From positions 13,595,662 to 13,634,799 of the forward strand of contig NC_068998.1 in the NCBI RefSeq assembly GCF_001194135.2: a stretch of DNA of 39,138 nt. The letters are read 5' to 3'. A program made the position numbers and the translations under genes. The notes beneath the pieces are model-generated. The model worked only from the letters and a program-made list of their open reading frames with translations. It was not told the origin of the DNA and made no database searches. The stretch is from Octopus bimaculoides. Lineage: Eukaryota. Below are positions 1 to 12,570 of the stretch, in pieces (position 1 is the first letter of the stretch; each line of letters starts with the position of its first letter).

Positions 1-131
1 TCTATAATTATAATTATGCTTATAATTATAGAATTTTTGTATAAGGTTACCGATAAAGGTTATTTTGACATACCAAACTACTTGGTAAAATTATTAATTA
101 TTAATTAATTAATTAATTTTACCCTTTATTA

Positions 132-171
<40 letters not shown>

Positions 172-655
172 GCAAATAATTAGAAAATGGAGAAAACCAC
201 AGATTAACAAACACATCGAATGGATCACATTTATAGCTTATTTTTTTAATACAAAGCATGTCATAACAAAATAGGTGATATAACATATCTTACAGCCGTT
301 TCAGATCAGTTACCAAAATGCTGTCTATAAATAAATGTGAGAATAGAGTTCTTCATCTTCACAGGGCATTCGAAAAGGCAACGGAGCTTCATCAGAATAA
401 AAAGACAAGAGCATACAGCATAAACAAAGGGAAGAAAGAAAAGGAAAGAAAACATGGCCTAGACAAATAAATAGTCTAGAAGCCCAAGATGTTAAGAGTA
501 TATAATTTACCATCAAGGGCTACAGGGTCCATAGGTGAAAGAGGGAGCTAGTAATGGTGTAGGAATACTACAATTTACTAACAGGTAGGTGGGATACCGA
601 TAGTATATATGGATATTTTATTCCTTAGTTGGTTATTATAACAACTAACTGTTTA

Positions 656-659
<4 letters not shown>

Positions 660-726
<67 letters not shown>

Positions 727-741
727 TATATATATATATAT
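660..741. repeat. (TA)n microsatellite; representative of many (e.g. 7211-7268, 20170-20254, 21777-21827, 26009-26058)
   Basis: Directly visible. Confidence 0.97.
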
Positions 742-986
742 CTCCACATGTGTATCATTGGCAATTTTCTTTCTCCGCCTTCCCTTCTTTGGACTTTTCT
801 ATATTTCTTCACTCTGATCAAGCTCCATGTACCAGATCAGATGTGCTAGAGAATATGATGAATATTATTCTCAGAATTTTCTTTGGCAATGCTTTGGAAG
901 CAGAAACAGCTGTTAGAAATGATAAATTTTTGTATTTAAAAAATAATAATCGGTGGTTGTCAATTTATTTATTGATATATATGTAT

Positions 987-1021
<35 letters not shown>

Positions 1022-1024
<3 letters not shown>

Positions 1025-1144
1025 TGTTGAAGAGCGTAGCTCGAAACGTCAAAGACTTTCCGTATTTCCGAGCGTCATACTAATACATCCTTTTGTTATT
1101 TACACCACCTGTCCTCGTCTGTTGTTGTTTTTTCGTACATTCTC

Positions 1145-1146
<2 letters not shown>
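1022..1146 (+). mobile_element. Interspersed repeat with degenerate hammerhead motif, copy 1 (probable Penelope-like LTR fragment)
   Basis: TTGTTGA-A-GAGC(GTA)GCTC-GAAA-CGTC-AAAG at 1024-1054. The next ~90 bp are colinear with 12611-12700. Confidence 0.55.
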
Positions 1147-1187
<41 letters not shown>

Positions 1188-1224
1188 TATGCACATGCAT
1201 AATTATATACATAAGAGACCTTAC

Positions 1225-1268
1225 ATCTCCAGTATGAATCATTGGAGAAAATGAAACTGACATTATAA
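1225..1268 (-). CDS. Alternative candidate downstream exon (44 nt, phase 2/1): YNVSFIFSNDSYWR
   Basis: Acceptor tttcttttaatgtgtag| and strong donor GAT|gtaagg. Phase-compatible with 12219-12299 and competes with the 6137-6242 model. Confidence 0.3.
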
Positions 1269-1441
1269 CTACACATTAAAAGAAATCTCATTCTTCGGAT
1301 ATTGCACAGGAAGATTTTTTAATTAAACATGGCATAAGGTACACTTCAAAAACACTTCAGAAAGATACGCAGAGAGGGGTAAAGAGACAATGAAACCAGA
1401 CACAGTGATGTCAAAATCTGTTTAATATTCTTGTTTTCTTC

Positions 1442-1599
1442 ACTCTCTCTCTCTCCTCTCACTCTCTCTCCTCATCTCACTCTCTCTCTCCTCTCACTCT
1501 CTCTCCTCTCACTTTCTCTCTCTTTATATATCTCTCTTTCTGTTTAAATTTAGTTCTTACTTTGACCTTCCCACTTTCAACTCTCTCTCTCTCTTTCTG

Positions 1600-1632
<33 letters not shown>

Positions 1633-1675
1633 CTCTCTGGCTTTTGCTACATTTTTCTCTCTTCCTCTCTCCTAT
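1442..1675. repeat. Imperfect (CT)n polypyrimidine tract
   Basis: Directly visible. Confidence 0.9.
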
Positions 1676-1884
1676 CTGTGTGTCCTCATTAATTACTGTC
1701 TTTCTCCTGTTACTCCTCCCACTCTCATACTCTTATCTACCTCTCACTTTCATCCTCAATTTTCTTTTTCTCTCTGTAGCAATATTTATCATTTTCTTTA
1801 ATATCTTTCCCTCTTCACTTCAACTCTGTCTTATGGTTACAGACGGAAAGTAGTCATATATGCAAACATGTGGGGATGTCATTT

Positions 1885-1921
<37 letters not shown>

Positions 1922-2689
1922 ATATATATATATATATATATATACACACTAATGAGAGAAAAGAACATGGATGTGAATTTGATATTCTTCTATAATATGT
2001 GTTCCACATCCTTCAGTATTCAGTAATCAAATGACATCACACTAGAAATGAAATCCATAGATACACCTAATAAATGCTGCATACATAACCAGACTGCACA
2101 GACCCCTTTGCAATTAAGCAGTGTTAAGAGTATAATATGGTTACCAATAAGAGCTGAAATCTGAACTGTAAAATTGTCATGTACTGAATGCAACCATTCT
2201 TACATATATGTGTGGGGGGTGGGGGTGAAGATAGATATATAAGTACTTCAGAAGACATGTCAAGCTAAGTAAAATTGTAGCCATCCATACATACAGTCAA
2301 GTCTTTTATGGCCATGTCCCCCATGCTCTCTCCCAGCTGAGAGGTCTTTGTCTTGCAGGCACAAGGTGCCACATAAAATGCACTTGTGCCAGTGCCACAT
2401 AAAATGCACTAATACTGGTAGTATGTAAATGCACCCAGTACACTCTGTAAAGTTGTTGGCATTAGGAAGGGCATCCAGCCATAGAAACCATGCTGAATTA
2501 GATTATTGGAGCTTGAACAGCTTTCCAGTTGGCCAGCTCCTGTCAAACCATCCAGCTTATGCCAGCATAAATAAGAAAAGGGTGAATCTGATAAGCATAC
2601 ATCAAATGCTATGAATTCATAATTTTTAGAATCTAATCTGAAATACAATGACAGTCATTTAAAGTTTGGTTTTTCTTGAACTGGAAATG

Positions 2690-4300
2690 ACCACCAACCT
2701 TCACCACAATGTTTTGTAATGTTGGAATGAAACAAATCCCAGCTTCATAACAAGTTGGAAAGGAACTTTTCAAAAGCAGACATTATTATTTTTAAAGAAA
2801 AAATTCACATTGTTTTAAAGAGTTGTCAGAACAACAAAATCAGCAAATATTTTTAATAGTATTAAAGAAACTATTTCTGAAGAAGCACAAATTGCCTTTT
2901 TTTAAAATATCTGAAATGATTCTCAATAAAAATGGGGTCTCATATTTTGGTGAGTCCTTTCTTTTACCTACATGTAAGATCACTGTAAGGTGATGCAATG
3001 AGATTGAGTAGAAGAAATAAGTAAAAGTCCTCTTTCAAATGATACAGTTTGTACATGTAATTTGGAATTATTTGCTGACATTGAAGAAATTGTATGCTGT
3101 GATAAACTCCAGCATTCAAATTTTGCTTTGCAAATTGAGGAGTCAACAGATTTTTCCAATAAAATGCAGCTTTGGACATTCATTTGTTTTGTTAATGCAG
3201 ATCAAATAGTGCTTTTTTAAAATCAAATAAATGCTGGGTAGTATAAACGGTGAAGACATTTTTCATATTTGAAATAACTATTTTGGAAAATGTGACTTCT
3301 CATAGCAATCATGTATTGGCAGTTGTTGTAGTGATGGAGCTCCTTCTATGGTAAAATGCATAAAAGGGGTTACAACACTTGGAAAAATAGCAAAATTCCA
3401 ATGTTATTTCAACTAACTGTTTTCTACACTGAGAGAGTTCTTGATTGCCAAATCAGTAGGATTTGAATGGAAACAAGTTTTTGATCAAGTTGTCAACATG
3501 GTTAATTTTATTAAAAAGAGCATTAAAGATCCTTTTGCTTGAGACAATTTGTATTGAAGCAGATTTTACACACTGCAATGGTATGACTTGTCAAGGGAGG
3601 TGGGGCATTCTGCCATGAGAAGGAACTCTGGAAAGAGTTTCTTGCATCCTTTGAAGACATAAATTGAAAACAATTTTGTGGATATTTTCAATGTGAATTT
3701 TGGATTTCTAACCTGAAATATTTGACAAGTAAATTCCAGCACCTTAACAACCTGACTGAAAGTATGCAAGTTAAAATAAAAATAACTTTTCATCTCCAGA
3801 GAAACTAATAATGTTTCAGAAGAAAATAATAATTTGGAAAAAGAAAGCTAGAAATGGTAATTTTGAATGTTTCTTTTGTTAAGTAAAACCATATAAAGGA
3901 AATTACTCCTGTCATTGTTGAGTGTTTGACAACTCTGGAAGAAGAATCGAGCTTATTTTTCATTATTAAGTATTGAGCCAAAAAACTAGATCCCAAACCT
4001 TTCATGGAAGTTCAATTTATGTTTGAAATAATCTAAATCTAAAGAATGGGATGTTATATCCAATAATTTTAGACCAAAATTCAAATATGAAGAACTGTCT
4101 CTTGAAAAGTGTTGGCTTTCCATCAGAGAAGCCTATCATTTTGGTTACTGAAAAAATAAAAGCTTTGTCTATTTTGATTCAATTTTCACCATCACATTTG
4201 TGTGAATTAGGATTTTCTTCACTGATCAACATGAAATGCAAAATAGGGAAACTATCCAATGCCTTGAGGAAGAAATAAGATTCTGATTATCATAAAATCA
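2690..4300 (+). pseudogene. Fossil hAT-superfamily (Buster/Charlie, ZBED5/FAM200-like) transposase, frameshifted with stops
   Basis: Hand translation gives the family motifs in the expected order: PQCFV (2704, BED-finger remnant); PLSNDTV (3029-3049); FALQIEESTD (3122-3151, family FALQLDESTD with the first catalytic Asp read as Glu); DGAPSM (3333-3350); CFLH (3418-3429, CxxH); VVNMVNFIK (~3490-3515); ALSILIQFSPSHLCELGFS (ORF 4051-4278, C-terminal dimerisation domain). The motifs lie in different frames. Confidence 0.9.
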
Positions 4301-4336
4301 CACAAAAATGACTGAAGAACATGGTTAGTTTTTTCT

Positions 4337-4536
4337 AATTCTGGCACAAGGCCAGCAATTTTGAGAAGACTGGAAGCTGTTTACATCAAACTTAATGTTC
4401 AATTAGTACTTATTTTACCAATCCTACAAGGATGAAAAGTGAAGTTGACCTCATCAGGATTTGAACACAGAATGGGAAGAGTCAGAAGATATGCTGCTAA
4501 GCATTTTTGTCTTGAAACAATTCCATCAGCTCACTG
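4337..4536 (-). mobile_element. SINE family B, diverged antisense copy (others at ~23117-23308, ~27748-27895, ~28821-29033)
   Basis: Reverse-complement motifs GGCACAAGGCCAGCAATTTT, GGATGAAAAGTGAAGTTGACCTC, ATTTGAAC and CTAAGCATTT. Confidence 0.75.
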
Positions 4537-4655
4537 ATTGTGAAGAACATGATTAATAAAACAAAAAACAATGGTATTCTGTATATTTTTTTTTACTTCA
4601 AAACATAATATTTTAATTTCCATGCAAAATGCAGAAGTAATATTTTTGTATTTGA

Positions 4656-4874
4656 AGGTGGTGAGCTGGTAGAAACGTTAGCATACTGGGCAAAATGCTT
4701 TGCAGTATTTTGTCTATCTTTACATTCTGAGTTCAAATTCCACTGAGGTCGACTTTGCCTTTCATCCTTTCAGGGTCGATAAATTAAATACCAGTTGCAT
4801 ACTGCAGTTGATCTAACCGACTGCCTCCCCTCCCCATACATTTCGGGCCTTGTGCCTAAAGTAGAAAAGAAAAG
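4656..4874 (+). mobile_element. tRNA-derived SINE, family B (central GACTTTGCCTTTCATCCTTT..GGGTCGATAAA motif, MetaSINE-like), full length
   Basis: Exact 17-bp target-site duplication AATATTTTTGTATTTGA at 4639-4655 and 4875-4891. B-box-like GAGTTCAAATTCC present. The superfamily name is from memory and needs a check. Confidence 0.9.
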
Positions 4875-5130
4875 AATATTTTTGTATTTGATCTTCGGTG
4901 CACCAGAAAATAAATTTTAAAAAAAATCCAAATCACAGAAAACCTTTGTTTTAAACTGTGATAAAACCACACTAATGATAAATCAAGATCAACATAATGC
5001 AAACAGATTAATATCTGTCAACTTGTGAATTATTAATCTCACCTCTTTAGCATAGAAAATAAAAATTAATTTGCAACTAAAATATTCATTAATAATTAGT
5101 GTTCAATTAGATACTGGAACGTTATGTGTA

Positions 5131-5539
5131 TATTTTGTTGCGTCTGGGGAGAGTCATTCTCTTTTTGTGCCTTATTATTTAACACACTCACCGGTAAATT
5201 TTCTACTCATTTACTTATTTATTTTTCCTAAAATTTTTGTTGCATCTTGCTATCTTTTCAATAGTCGTTGGTTCTGTTCCTAATCTGAGCTGCATTCTTT
5301 TTGCTTGTTTGTGCGCATGTGTGTGAGTTAGTGCATGTGTGTGGGTGTGTGCATACATATAAGAAAAAAAAAAAGAACACAGCTCGGATAACGGATAGAT
5401 CCAATGATTATTGAAAAGGTTGCAAGACGCAACAAAAATTTTAGGACAAAATAAATAAGTAAATGAGTGGAACTTTACTGGTGAGTGTGTTCAATAATAA
5501 GGAACTAAAAGAGAATGACTCCCCAGACCCTACAAAATA
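5131..5539. repeat. Fold-back: ~170-bp diverged inverted arms around a GT-rich spacer
   Basis: 5131-5300 and 5371-5539 share blocks such as GTCTGGGG(AG)AGTCATTCTCTTTT, AACACACTCACC and CTCATTTACTTATTTATTTT in opposite orientation; roughly 80-85% identity by eye. Confidence 0.85.
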
Positions 5540-6136
5540 TCCTTCAACACACGAACTCACATAAAGAATTTTGCAAACCAAATCCAAAAACGACATATAC
5601 AAAAAATTGAATGCTGACATGCAGGACAATGGCTGAATGAGACCAATCTACAGAACAAAGTACTGATGACTTACAAGCCAACCTTATGTCTTTTAACTAA
5701 TTTTTTACTCTATTTTTTTCATCTGTGAGGTACATTCCAGTTTTATTTTCTTTACATCTCTGAGACCCACAACTGGATGTGGTTGATACAGAGTCTTTGG
5801 TATTAAAGAGTGCAAGCTATACTTTTCCATTCAGTCATGTCCAGCGATTGTTGATTTATCTTGTCACACTAAGAAGGTTTTTAAACATGAAACCATATAT
5901 AGAAATATGAATTGCATGCTGTGAGGACTAAGCATATAACATTGTATTACATTTTGTGTTTGTGTGACAGTTATAGTAATAAGGCCTTTTGTTGACAATT
6001 TTCATTATTAATTACCTACTGCCAATCATGAGTATTTACTCAAGGCACATCCTTGGCAAACACAATTTGGAAACAATTATGATGCAATAGTATAGTCAAA
6101 AGCAGAAGAATTATGTAATAGAATTAAGGTGAATGC

Positions 6137-6242
6137 CTAATCCTGTCCTGATGTTGTGAACATTTGTTCATTATCTATTCTCAATGGACGTCTAAACTTC
6201 ATCAGTTTCTCTTTTGTTTGACAACTGGTGAAATATATTGCT
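6137..6242 (-). CDS. Candidate terminal coding exon: (K)AIYFTSCQTKEKLMKFRRPLRIDNEQMFTTSGQD*
   Basis: Acceptor atatttag|, phase 2 compatible with 12219-12299, TAG at 6137-6139. A minus-strand AATAAA lies at 5742-5747, which is weak evidence in AT-rich DNA. Confidence 0.33.
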
Positions 6243-7205
6243 CTAAATATTCAGTCATTTTAATCTTAATTCAATAAGAGTATATGGCACAATATAAAGA
6301 CTTAAGGGCTGTAGTCACTTCTTAGTAATATCTCAGCAGCATTTCAACTCCACCGTTTACTACTTCCCAGTCATATGAAACATATTCAACTGGGAAAACA
6401 TACACTGAAAGAAATAGTCTACAGGACATGTTCTAATAACTGTAATGAAGGGAAGATATATATTTATATTTAATGCATCTCCTTGTACATCCAATGAGTG
6501 AGGTTCAGTATACAAATTTATGAGACAAGAATTACTGATACACAAACTGTATTTCTGATGGTCCAAAATTGACAAAAAAGTGTCAGTAAGCTGGTGCAGA
6601 ACAAACATCTTAAGGGACTGCATACATAAGGAACTTTTTGAATGCTTTTTCATTATTCTTTGCAGATATACAGTGCAGATACACTCTCGTTCACTCATTC
6701 ACTTGCTCGCTCACTTACTCACTTACTCACTCACACACACATGCACGCACACACACACACACACACACACGCGCATATAAATAGGTAGATAAAAGACACA
6801 CAAGTGAAACATAGGAAGGTTATAAAGTAAGGAAGAGACCAATAAAATGCATGGTGGAAAAAACTCAAGAATATTAAATGAAACAATAACAATCAAAGAA
6901 TGTGTACAATGAAAATTAATATGTTAAATGAAAGAAATACAAGAGGATCTAATGTTCAAAGTTTATACAGTTCATCAAAGGCAAATAGAAGTAATAAGAT
7001 ATGTGAAAGAAAACGAAATAGAAACGCTGTTGATTTTACAATGTCTGTTTACATTGCCAGCATGAAATTTTATGTATGTATGTATGTATGTATGTAATTA
7101 TGTGGTCTTGTTCTCAGCTTGATAAATGGCAGAATAAATTATCATTTCAATCAAGAAACCCTGGGTAGTTGTGTTACAAGATTTGTGGCTTTTTATGGTA
7201 TATAT

Positions 7206-7275
<70 letters not shown>

Positions 7276-7748
7276 CAGTTTTACTTATTACTTTTTATAT
7301 AAATATTATATATATGTATGTATGTATAAAGAATGTGTTATAGAATGCTAACGTAAGCATGGTATAGCTAATCAGCAGGTAGTGCTGAGATAAGAAGTTG
7401 GCTATAAGAATGGCCTTTGTTTAGTAGTGATGAAAACAGAAAATGCAGATAAACAAATGCAGGCAAAAGAAAAATAATCAAATGGGAAGTTGTGTATACA
7501 AACATATGATGTTATGAAGACTCTTCTTTACAGTTATTTTGCATAGTCGGTGACTGGTGCCATAACCAGGTATATTATGTTATGAGACCCAAATGTTTTC
7601 TTGGTGTATGGACTAGCGTCCAATTTGAAAACCTTGCAATGTAAATTCATGCCAGTCTCATCAGAAGATGCAGGCAAATAGTGTATACCAACTTTTGTTT
7701 ATCTGTCTTTTATGCTTATAAACACATACATACATGGATATATATATA

Positions 7749-7795
<47 letters not shown>

Positions 7796-8502
7796 GGGAT
7801 AGAAATCCAAATTTACAGGGAAAAATTCAATTTAATTTATCAAAATTGAATTAAATTTCACAATATATAATATATAAACATATAATTCAGAGAAAAAAAC
7901 CCACCAATTATTGAATTCATCCATAATATATATANNNNNNNNNNNNNNNNNNNNNNNNNNNNNNNNNNNNNNNNNNNNNNNNNNNNNNNNNNNNNNNNNN
8001 NNNNNNNNNNNNNNNNNNNNNNNNNNNNNNNNNNNNNNNNNNNNNNNNNNNNNNNNNNNNNNNNNNNNNNNNNNNNNNNNNNNNNNNNNNNNNNNNNNNN
8101 NNNNNNNNNNNNNNNNNNNNNNNNNNNNNNNNNNNNNNNNNNNNNNNNNNNNNNNNNNNNNNNNNNNNNNNNNNNNNNNNNNNNNNNNNNNNNNNNNNNN
8201 NNNNNNNNNNNNNNNNNNNNNNNNNNNNNNNNNNNNNNNNNNNNNNNNNNNNNNNNNNNNNNNNNNNNNNNNNNNNNNNNNNNNNNNNNNNNNNNNNNNN
8301 NNNNNNNNNNNNNNNNNNNNNNNNNNNNNNNNNNNNNNNNNNNNNNNNNNNNNNNNNNNNNNNNNNNNNNNNNNNNNNNNNNNNNNNNNNNNNNNNNNNN
8401 NNNNNNNNNNNNNNNNNNNNNNNNNNNNNNNNNNNNNNNNNNNNNNNNNNNNNNNNNNNNNNNNNNNNNNNNNNNNNNNNNNNNNNNNNNNNNNNNNNNN
8501 NN

Positions 8503-8547
<45 letters not shown>

Positions 8548-9189
8548 ATATGTATATATATACACAGATAGATAGATAGGTAGATAGATAGATAGATAGA
8601 TTGATAGATAGATAGATAGATAGAAATAACATATTGACATACATTGTAGAGTTCTGTGATATCAACCAAGTTTTTTCCATCAATGAGTTTATTGATCTGG
8701 AAACTGGAACTACATGTGTATGAACCTCTTAACCACACAGACAACTATGTCTTTAACTACTAAATATTGGACAGCAAAGGTTAAATGATAAGAACATCTG
8801 CCACCCAATTTAATTCTTCATTCAATAAATCATATGGAACATTAAGAATGAGAACAGAAAAATAATTGAAAATCACAAATGTCTGTAAAGGAAATCAATT
8901 GTCATTAAAATAAAAACTGTTCTATTTTAATTAATAAGTAGCTTGTTAATGGCATCATACTTCTAGCATTAGCTAAGTGTTTCATGATGTGAATATCAAA
9001 TGGCCTTCATTGTTCATGTTTCACCATGCACCTGTACATGGATGTTAGGTCCTGGGCAAGAGTGACAAAAGCCAGTAGTTACTCATCTGTGCATGTCTCC
9101 TTTCTCCACAACACTGATGTTGTCTATCCAAACGAAATACTGTTGACTTGGGCTGATACAGCTTGGAAGCAGTGTCATCATAGGTATTG

Positions 9190-9239
<50 letters not shown>

Positions 9240-9765
9240 GGTATATATATGATTTGCTTCTTTCATTTCCCATCCACCAAATCCACACATAAGGCTTTGG
9301 TCAGTCTGAATCTACAGAAGAAAACACATGCCCAAGGTGCCACACTGTGGGACTGAACCCAGAACCATGTGATTAGTAAGCAAACTTTTTACCACACGAT
9401 CATGCCCGCACCTATTTAAGATAACATAATGGACAATGTGTTCTGGTAATACACTGTTCATCAAAAAGGAAATGTAATAGTCATTGTTCAAATGTCTACT
9501 GACCATAGATCTGCTTAATTAAATCCAATTTAAACAACAACAATGACAGCAACCATAATCAACTATTAACTTTCACCACTCCATGGTCAACCACTTTTAC
9601 AGAACACTCCCAAACCAACCAGATGCACTGACCGTCACCTAACACGATTGCCACTGACCCTGCTACAATTGGTCTATCTGTGGCCACAGTAAATAATCTC
9701 TAAAGATGACCACTCTACATTTGCTACTGACACTAAACACAGCATTACCACTCAACAATCATTAC

Positions 9766-10460
9766 TACTAACCATTTGTGTTTACCAGTCTGAGATTCTT
9801 TATGGTAACACATCAACAACCATTAATACTAGCCAGTTTACAACCATTGATGCTAACCACCCCTCAACCATTGGTACTAACCATTTGTGTTTACCAGTCT
9901 GAGATTCTTTATGGTAACACATCAACAATCATTAATACTAACCAGTTTACAACCATTGATGCTAACCACCCCTCAACCATTGGCNNNNNNNNNNNNNNNN
10001 NNNNNNNNNNNNNNNNNNNNNNNNNNNNNNNNNNNNNNNNNNNNNNNNNNNNNNNNNNNNNNNNNNNNNNNTAACACATCAACAACCATTAATACTAACC
10101 AGTTTACAACCATTGATGCTAACCACCCCTCAACCATTGGTACTAACCATTTGTGTTTACCAGTCTGAGATTCTTTATGGTAACACATCAACAACCATTA
10201 ATACTAACCAGTTTACAACCATTGATGCTAACCACCCCTCAACCATTGGTACTAACCATTTGTGTTTACCAGTCTGAGATTCTTTATGGTAACACATCAA
10301 CAATCATTAATACTAACCAGTTTACAACCATTGATGCTAACCACCCCTCAACCATTGGCAATAACCATTGATGTTAACTTGTCTATAACTCTTTATGGTA
10401 ACAAATTAATAACCATTACTACTAACCACCTTGTAACTATTGGTACTAACCATTGATGTA
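9766..10460. repeat. 109-bp minisatellite (at least 5 near-identical units, collapsed at an N-gap)
   Basis: Unit starts at 9766, 9875, 10141 and 10250. A degenerate unit runs to ~10460 and AACCA-rich decay flanks it. Confidence 0.95.
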
Positions 10461-11169
10461 AACCACTCAACAACCTTTTATGGCAATTAATCAACAACCA
10501 TTAATATTTACTGATCTGCAACAATATTACAATAACTGGGAGCATTTCATTCATAATTCTAAACTGGAAAACAACATGAAGATGAGCTTCACAAGGACTT
10601 TACCAATATAATCAGTGACGCTGAAATTGGTTTTTGAAGAATTATGACTTTGAGACAAAAATGAGATTCATCATTGATTTTTCTTGAACTCTTACAGATG
10701 AACCCAAACAAATGACAGACATAAAGTTGATACTAATAGAAATGGTTGACATACCTCAGAAGAATCCGAAATCAAAGTGTGTCACTTGTATTTCAAAGGA
10801 GTTCAATGATAATTCCTGTAAACAAAAACGAAATAGAATTTTTCATTATTATTTTTTGATGATATATGTGCATAGAAATATAATACAGCAGAAGACCAGT
10901 CACACCCTCATTTATGTACATGGTGAGAAACGGTAAGAAAAGAGTATGAAAATATACATGTAAACACATGGACATACCATATACATGTATGTCATACACA
11001 TGCGTGCATGCACACACACACACGTATGCACACACGCATGCACACACGCATGCACATGCACACACACAAATATATGCATGTATATATAAATATATATATA
11101 TATACATACACACACACACATACATATATATAATGTACATACATGTACATATATATGCATATACTCATA

Positions 11170-11211
<42 letters not shown>

Positions 11212-11294
11212 ATAAATGATATTTATCTCCTGCCAGTATACTTTTTAGTTGAATTTTCTATCACAGAACAGTACATTATATTACACACACACAT

Positions 11295-11332
<38 letters not shown>

Positions 11333-11339
<7 letters not shown>

Positions 11340-11536
11340 GTAGTATATTGCCACTTAAGTGTGGCTGACCCCTAGGGGTGGATGTTACTGTTGCTTTTAG
11401 CCCCAGGAGGACATCTCCTCCAGCTGGCTTATCGACACACGACTGTGGGAGGAGATGTCCTCCTGGGGCTAAAAGCAACAGTAACATCCACCCCTAGGGG
11501 TCAGCCACACTTAAGTGGCAATATACTACACTTTAT
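11333..11536. repeat. Perfect 89-bp inverted repeat with 26-nt spacer
   Basis: 11333-11421 is the exact reverse complement of 11448-11536 (checked base by base). The two mirror ORFs 11281-11487 and 11382-11573 in the track reflect this. Confidence 0.97.
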
Positions 11537-11571
11537 CGTGCAGTTACTGTTAATACTTCATTTAGAGAATT

Positions 11572-11617
<46 letters not shown>

Positions 11618-12125
11618 CATACAGAGTGTGAGAGATGAGAAAGCGATGCATACAAGCTAATATATGTGTCTATTTACAGGCGTACATATATAGCAAGGAA
11701 CAAACAAATATGTGATTATTATATGAGTGTGTGCATGTGTATGTGTGTATATAAGCATGCATCCATACACACAGATAGATAGATAGATAGATAGATATAC
11801 ACACTCATATATACAGATAATGGAAATGCATACATAACAGCAAATAGCTAAATATATGAATGTATATGCACACACGCGCACACACACACACATACACACA
11901 CACATCATAAAAAGTGACAAGTACCTATTAATTTCACCAAGCAGTTCCTTCTCTCTGTATATAGATATAGATATCATCTGAATGACTTTATAGATAAATC
12001 TCTTCATACCTCACCATATTCAAGTCTATACTGACAAACACTTTCACAAGGAGAAAATAAGATTTAAGTCACTTTTATTTCCAGACTACTGTCACTTCAT
12101 AAAAACAACCACCACCTTAACCACA

Positions 12126-12200
12126 GCTGCAGCAGCAGAAGTGGTAGCAGCAGCAGCAGCAGAAGTGGTAGCAGCAGCAGCAGCACCACCATCACCACAA
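12126..12200. repeat. (CAG)n tract with a duplicated GCAGCAGCAGAAGTGGTAGCA unit
   Basis: Directly visible, immediately 3' (minus-strand sense) of the candidate exon donor at 12218. Confidence 0.85.
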
Positions 12201-12218
12201 CCGCTATTTTTTCTTTAC

Positions 12219-12299
12219 TTTGGAGCTGATATATTAATGGAAGAACGCCACATATATATCCTACGATTAATAGTATGTGTGGTCCATCTGTCATCAAAC
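12219..12299 (-). CDS. Candidate internal coding exon (81 nt, phase 2/2): (R)FDDRWTTHTINRRIYMWRSSINISAP
   Basis: Acceptor ccctttgtgccctatttgtgtcag| and donor CAAA|gtaaag. Phase 2 is the only frame open in both this exon and 16055-16150. Confidence 0.5.
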
Positions 12300-12367
12300 C
12301 TGACACAAATAGGGCACAAAGGGCTGCTAAACAGCATCAACAACACTTTTCAATGTCATTTTGTTTA

Positions 12368-12506
12368 TAGGTGCAGGTGTGGCTGTGTGGTAAGAAGTTT
12401 GCTTCCCAACCACATGGGTCTTTGGGAAAGTGTTTTCTTCTATAGCCTCAGGCTGACCCAAGTCTTGTGAGTGGATTTGGTTGACAGACTCTGAAAGAAG
12501 CTTATT
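12368..12506 (+). mobile_element. SINE family A 5' half (other half-copies: 9251-9414 minus, 30105-30262 plus, 28712-28800 plus; 3' part at 39003-39138 minus)
   Basis: GTGGCTGTGTGGTAAGAAGTTTGCTTCCCAACCACATG head and CTTGTGAGTGGATTTGGT block, ending at a TA run. Confidence 0.8.
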
Positions 12507-12570
12507 GTGTATATATGTATATATATATATATATATATCGCTAACCACTACACACATTTTTTTCTCTCCT

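Noticed and set aside
280-410. Minus-strand CTGATGAAG...CGAA and GAAACGGCTGTA hammerhead-like fragments
   Set aside because: Core halves are not joined by a proper stem II; too degenerate to call.
7525-7695. Minus-strand open frame containing SSDETG (pogo-like DETG motif)
   Set aside because: A single short motif with no other transposase features or termini.
9778-10456. Repeated MFTSLRFFMVTHQQ ORFs and the array's resemblance to a CRISPR or repeat protein
   Set aside because: The unit is 109 bp (frame shifts each unit), there are no unique spacers and no cas genes, and the context is eukaryotic.
12141-12470. 109-aa Ala-rich plus-strand ORF
   Set aside because: It is built from a CAG tract and runs into a SINE head; the minus-strand exon explains the unique part better.
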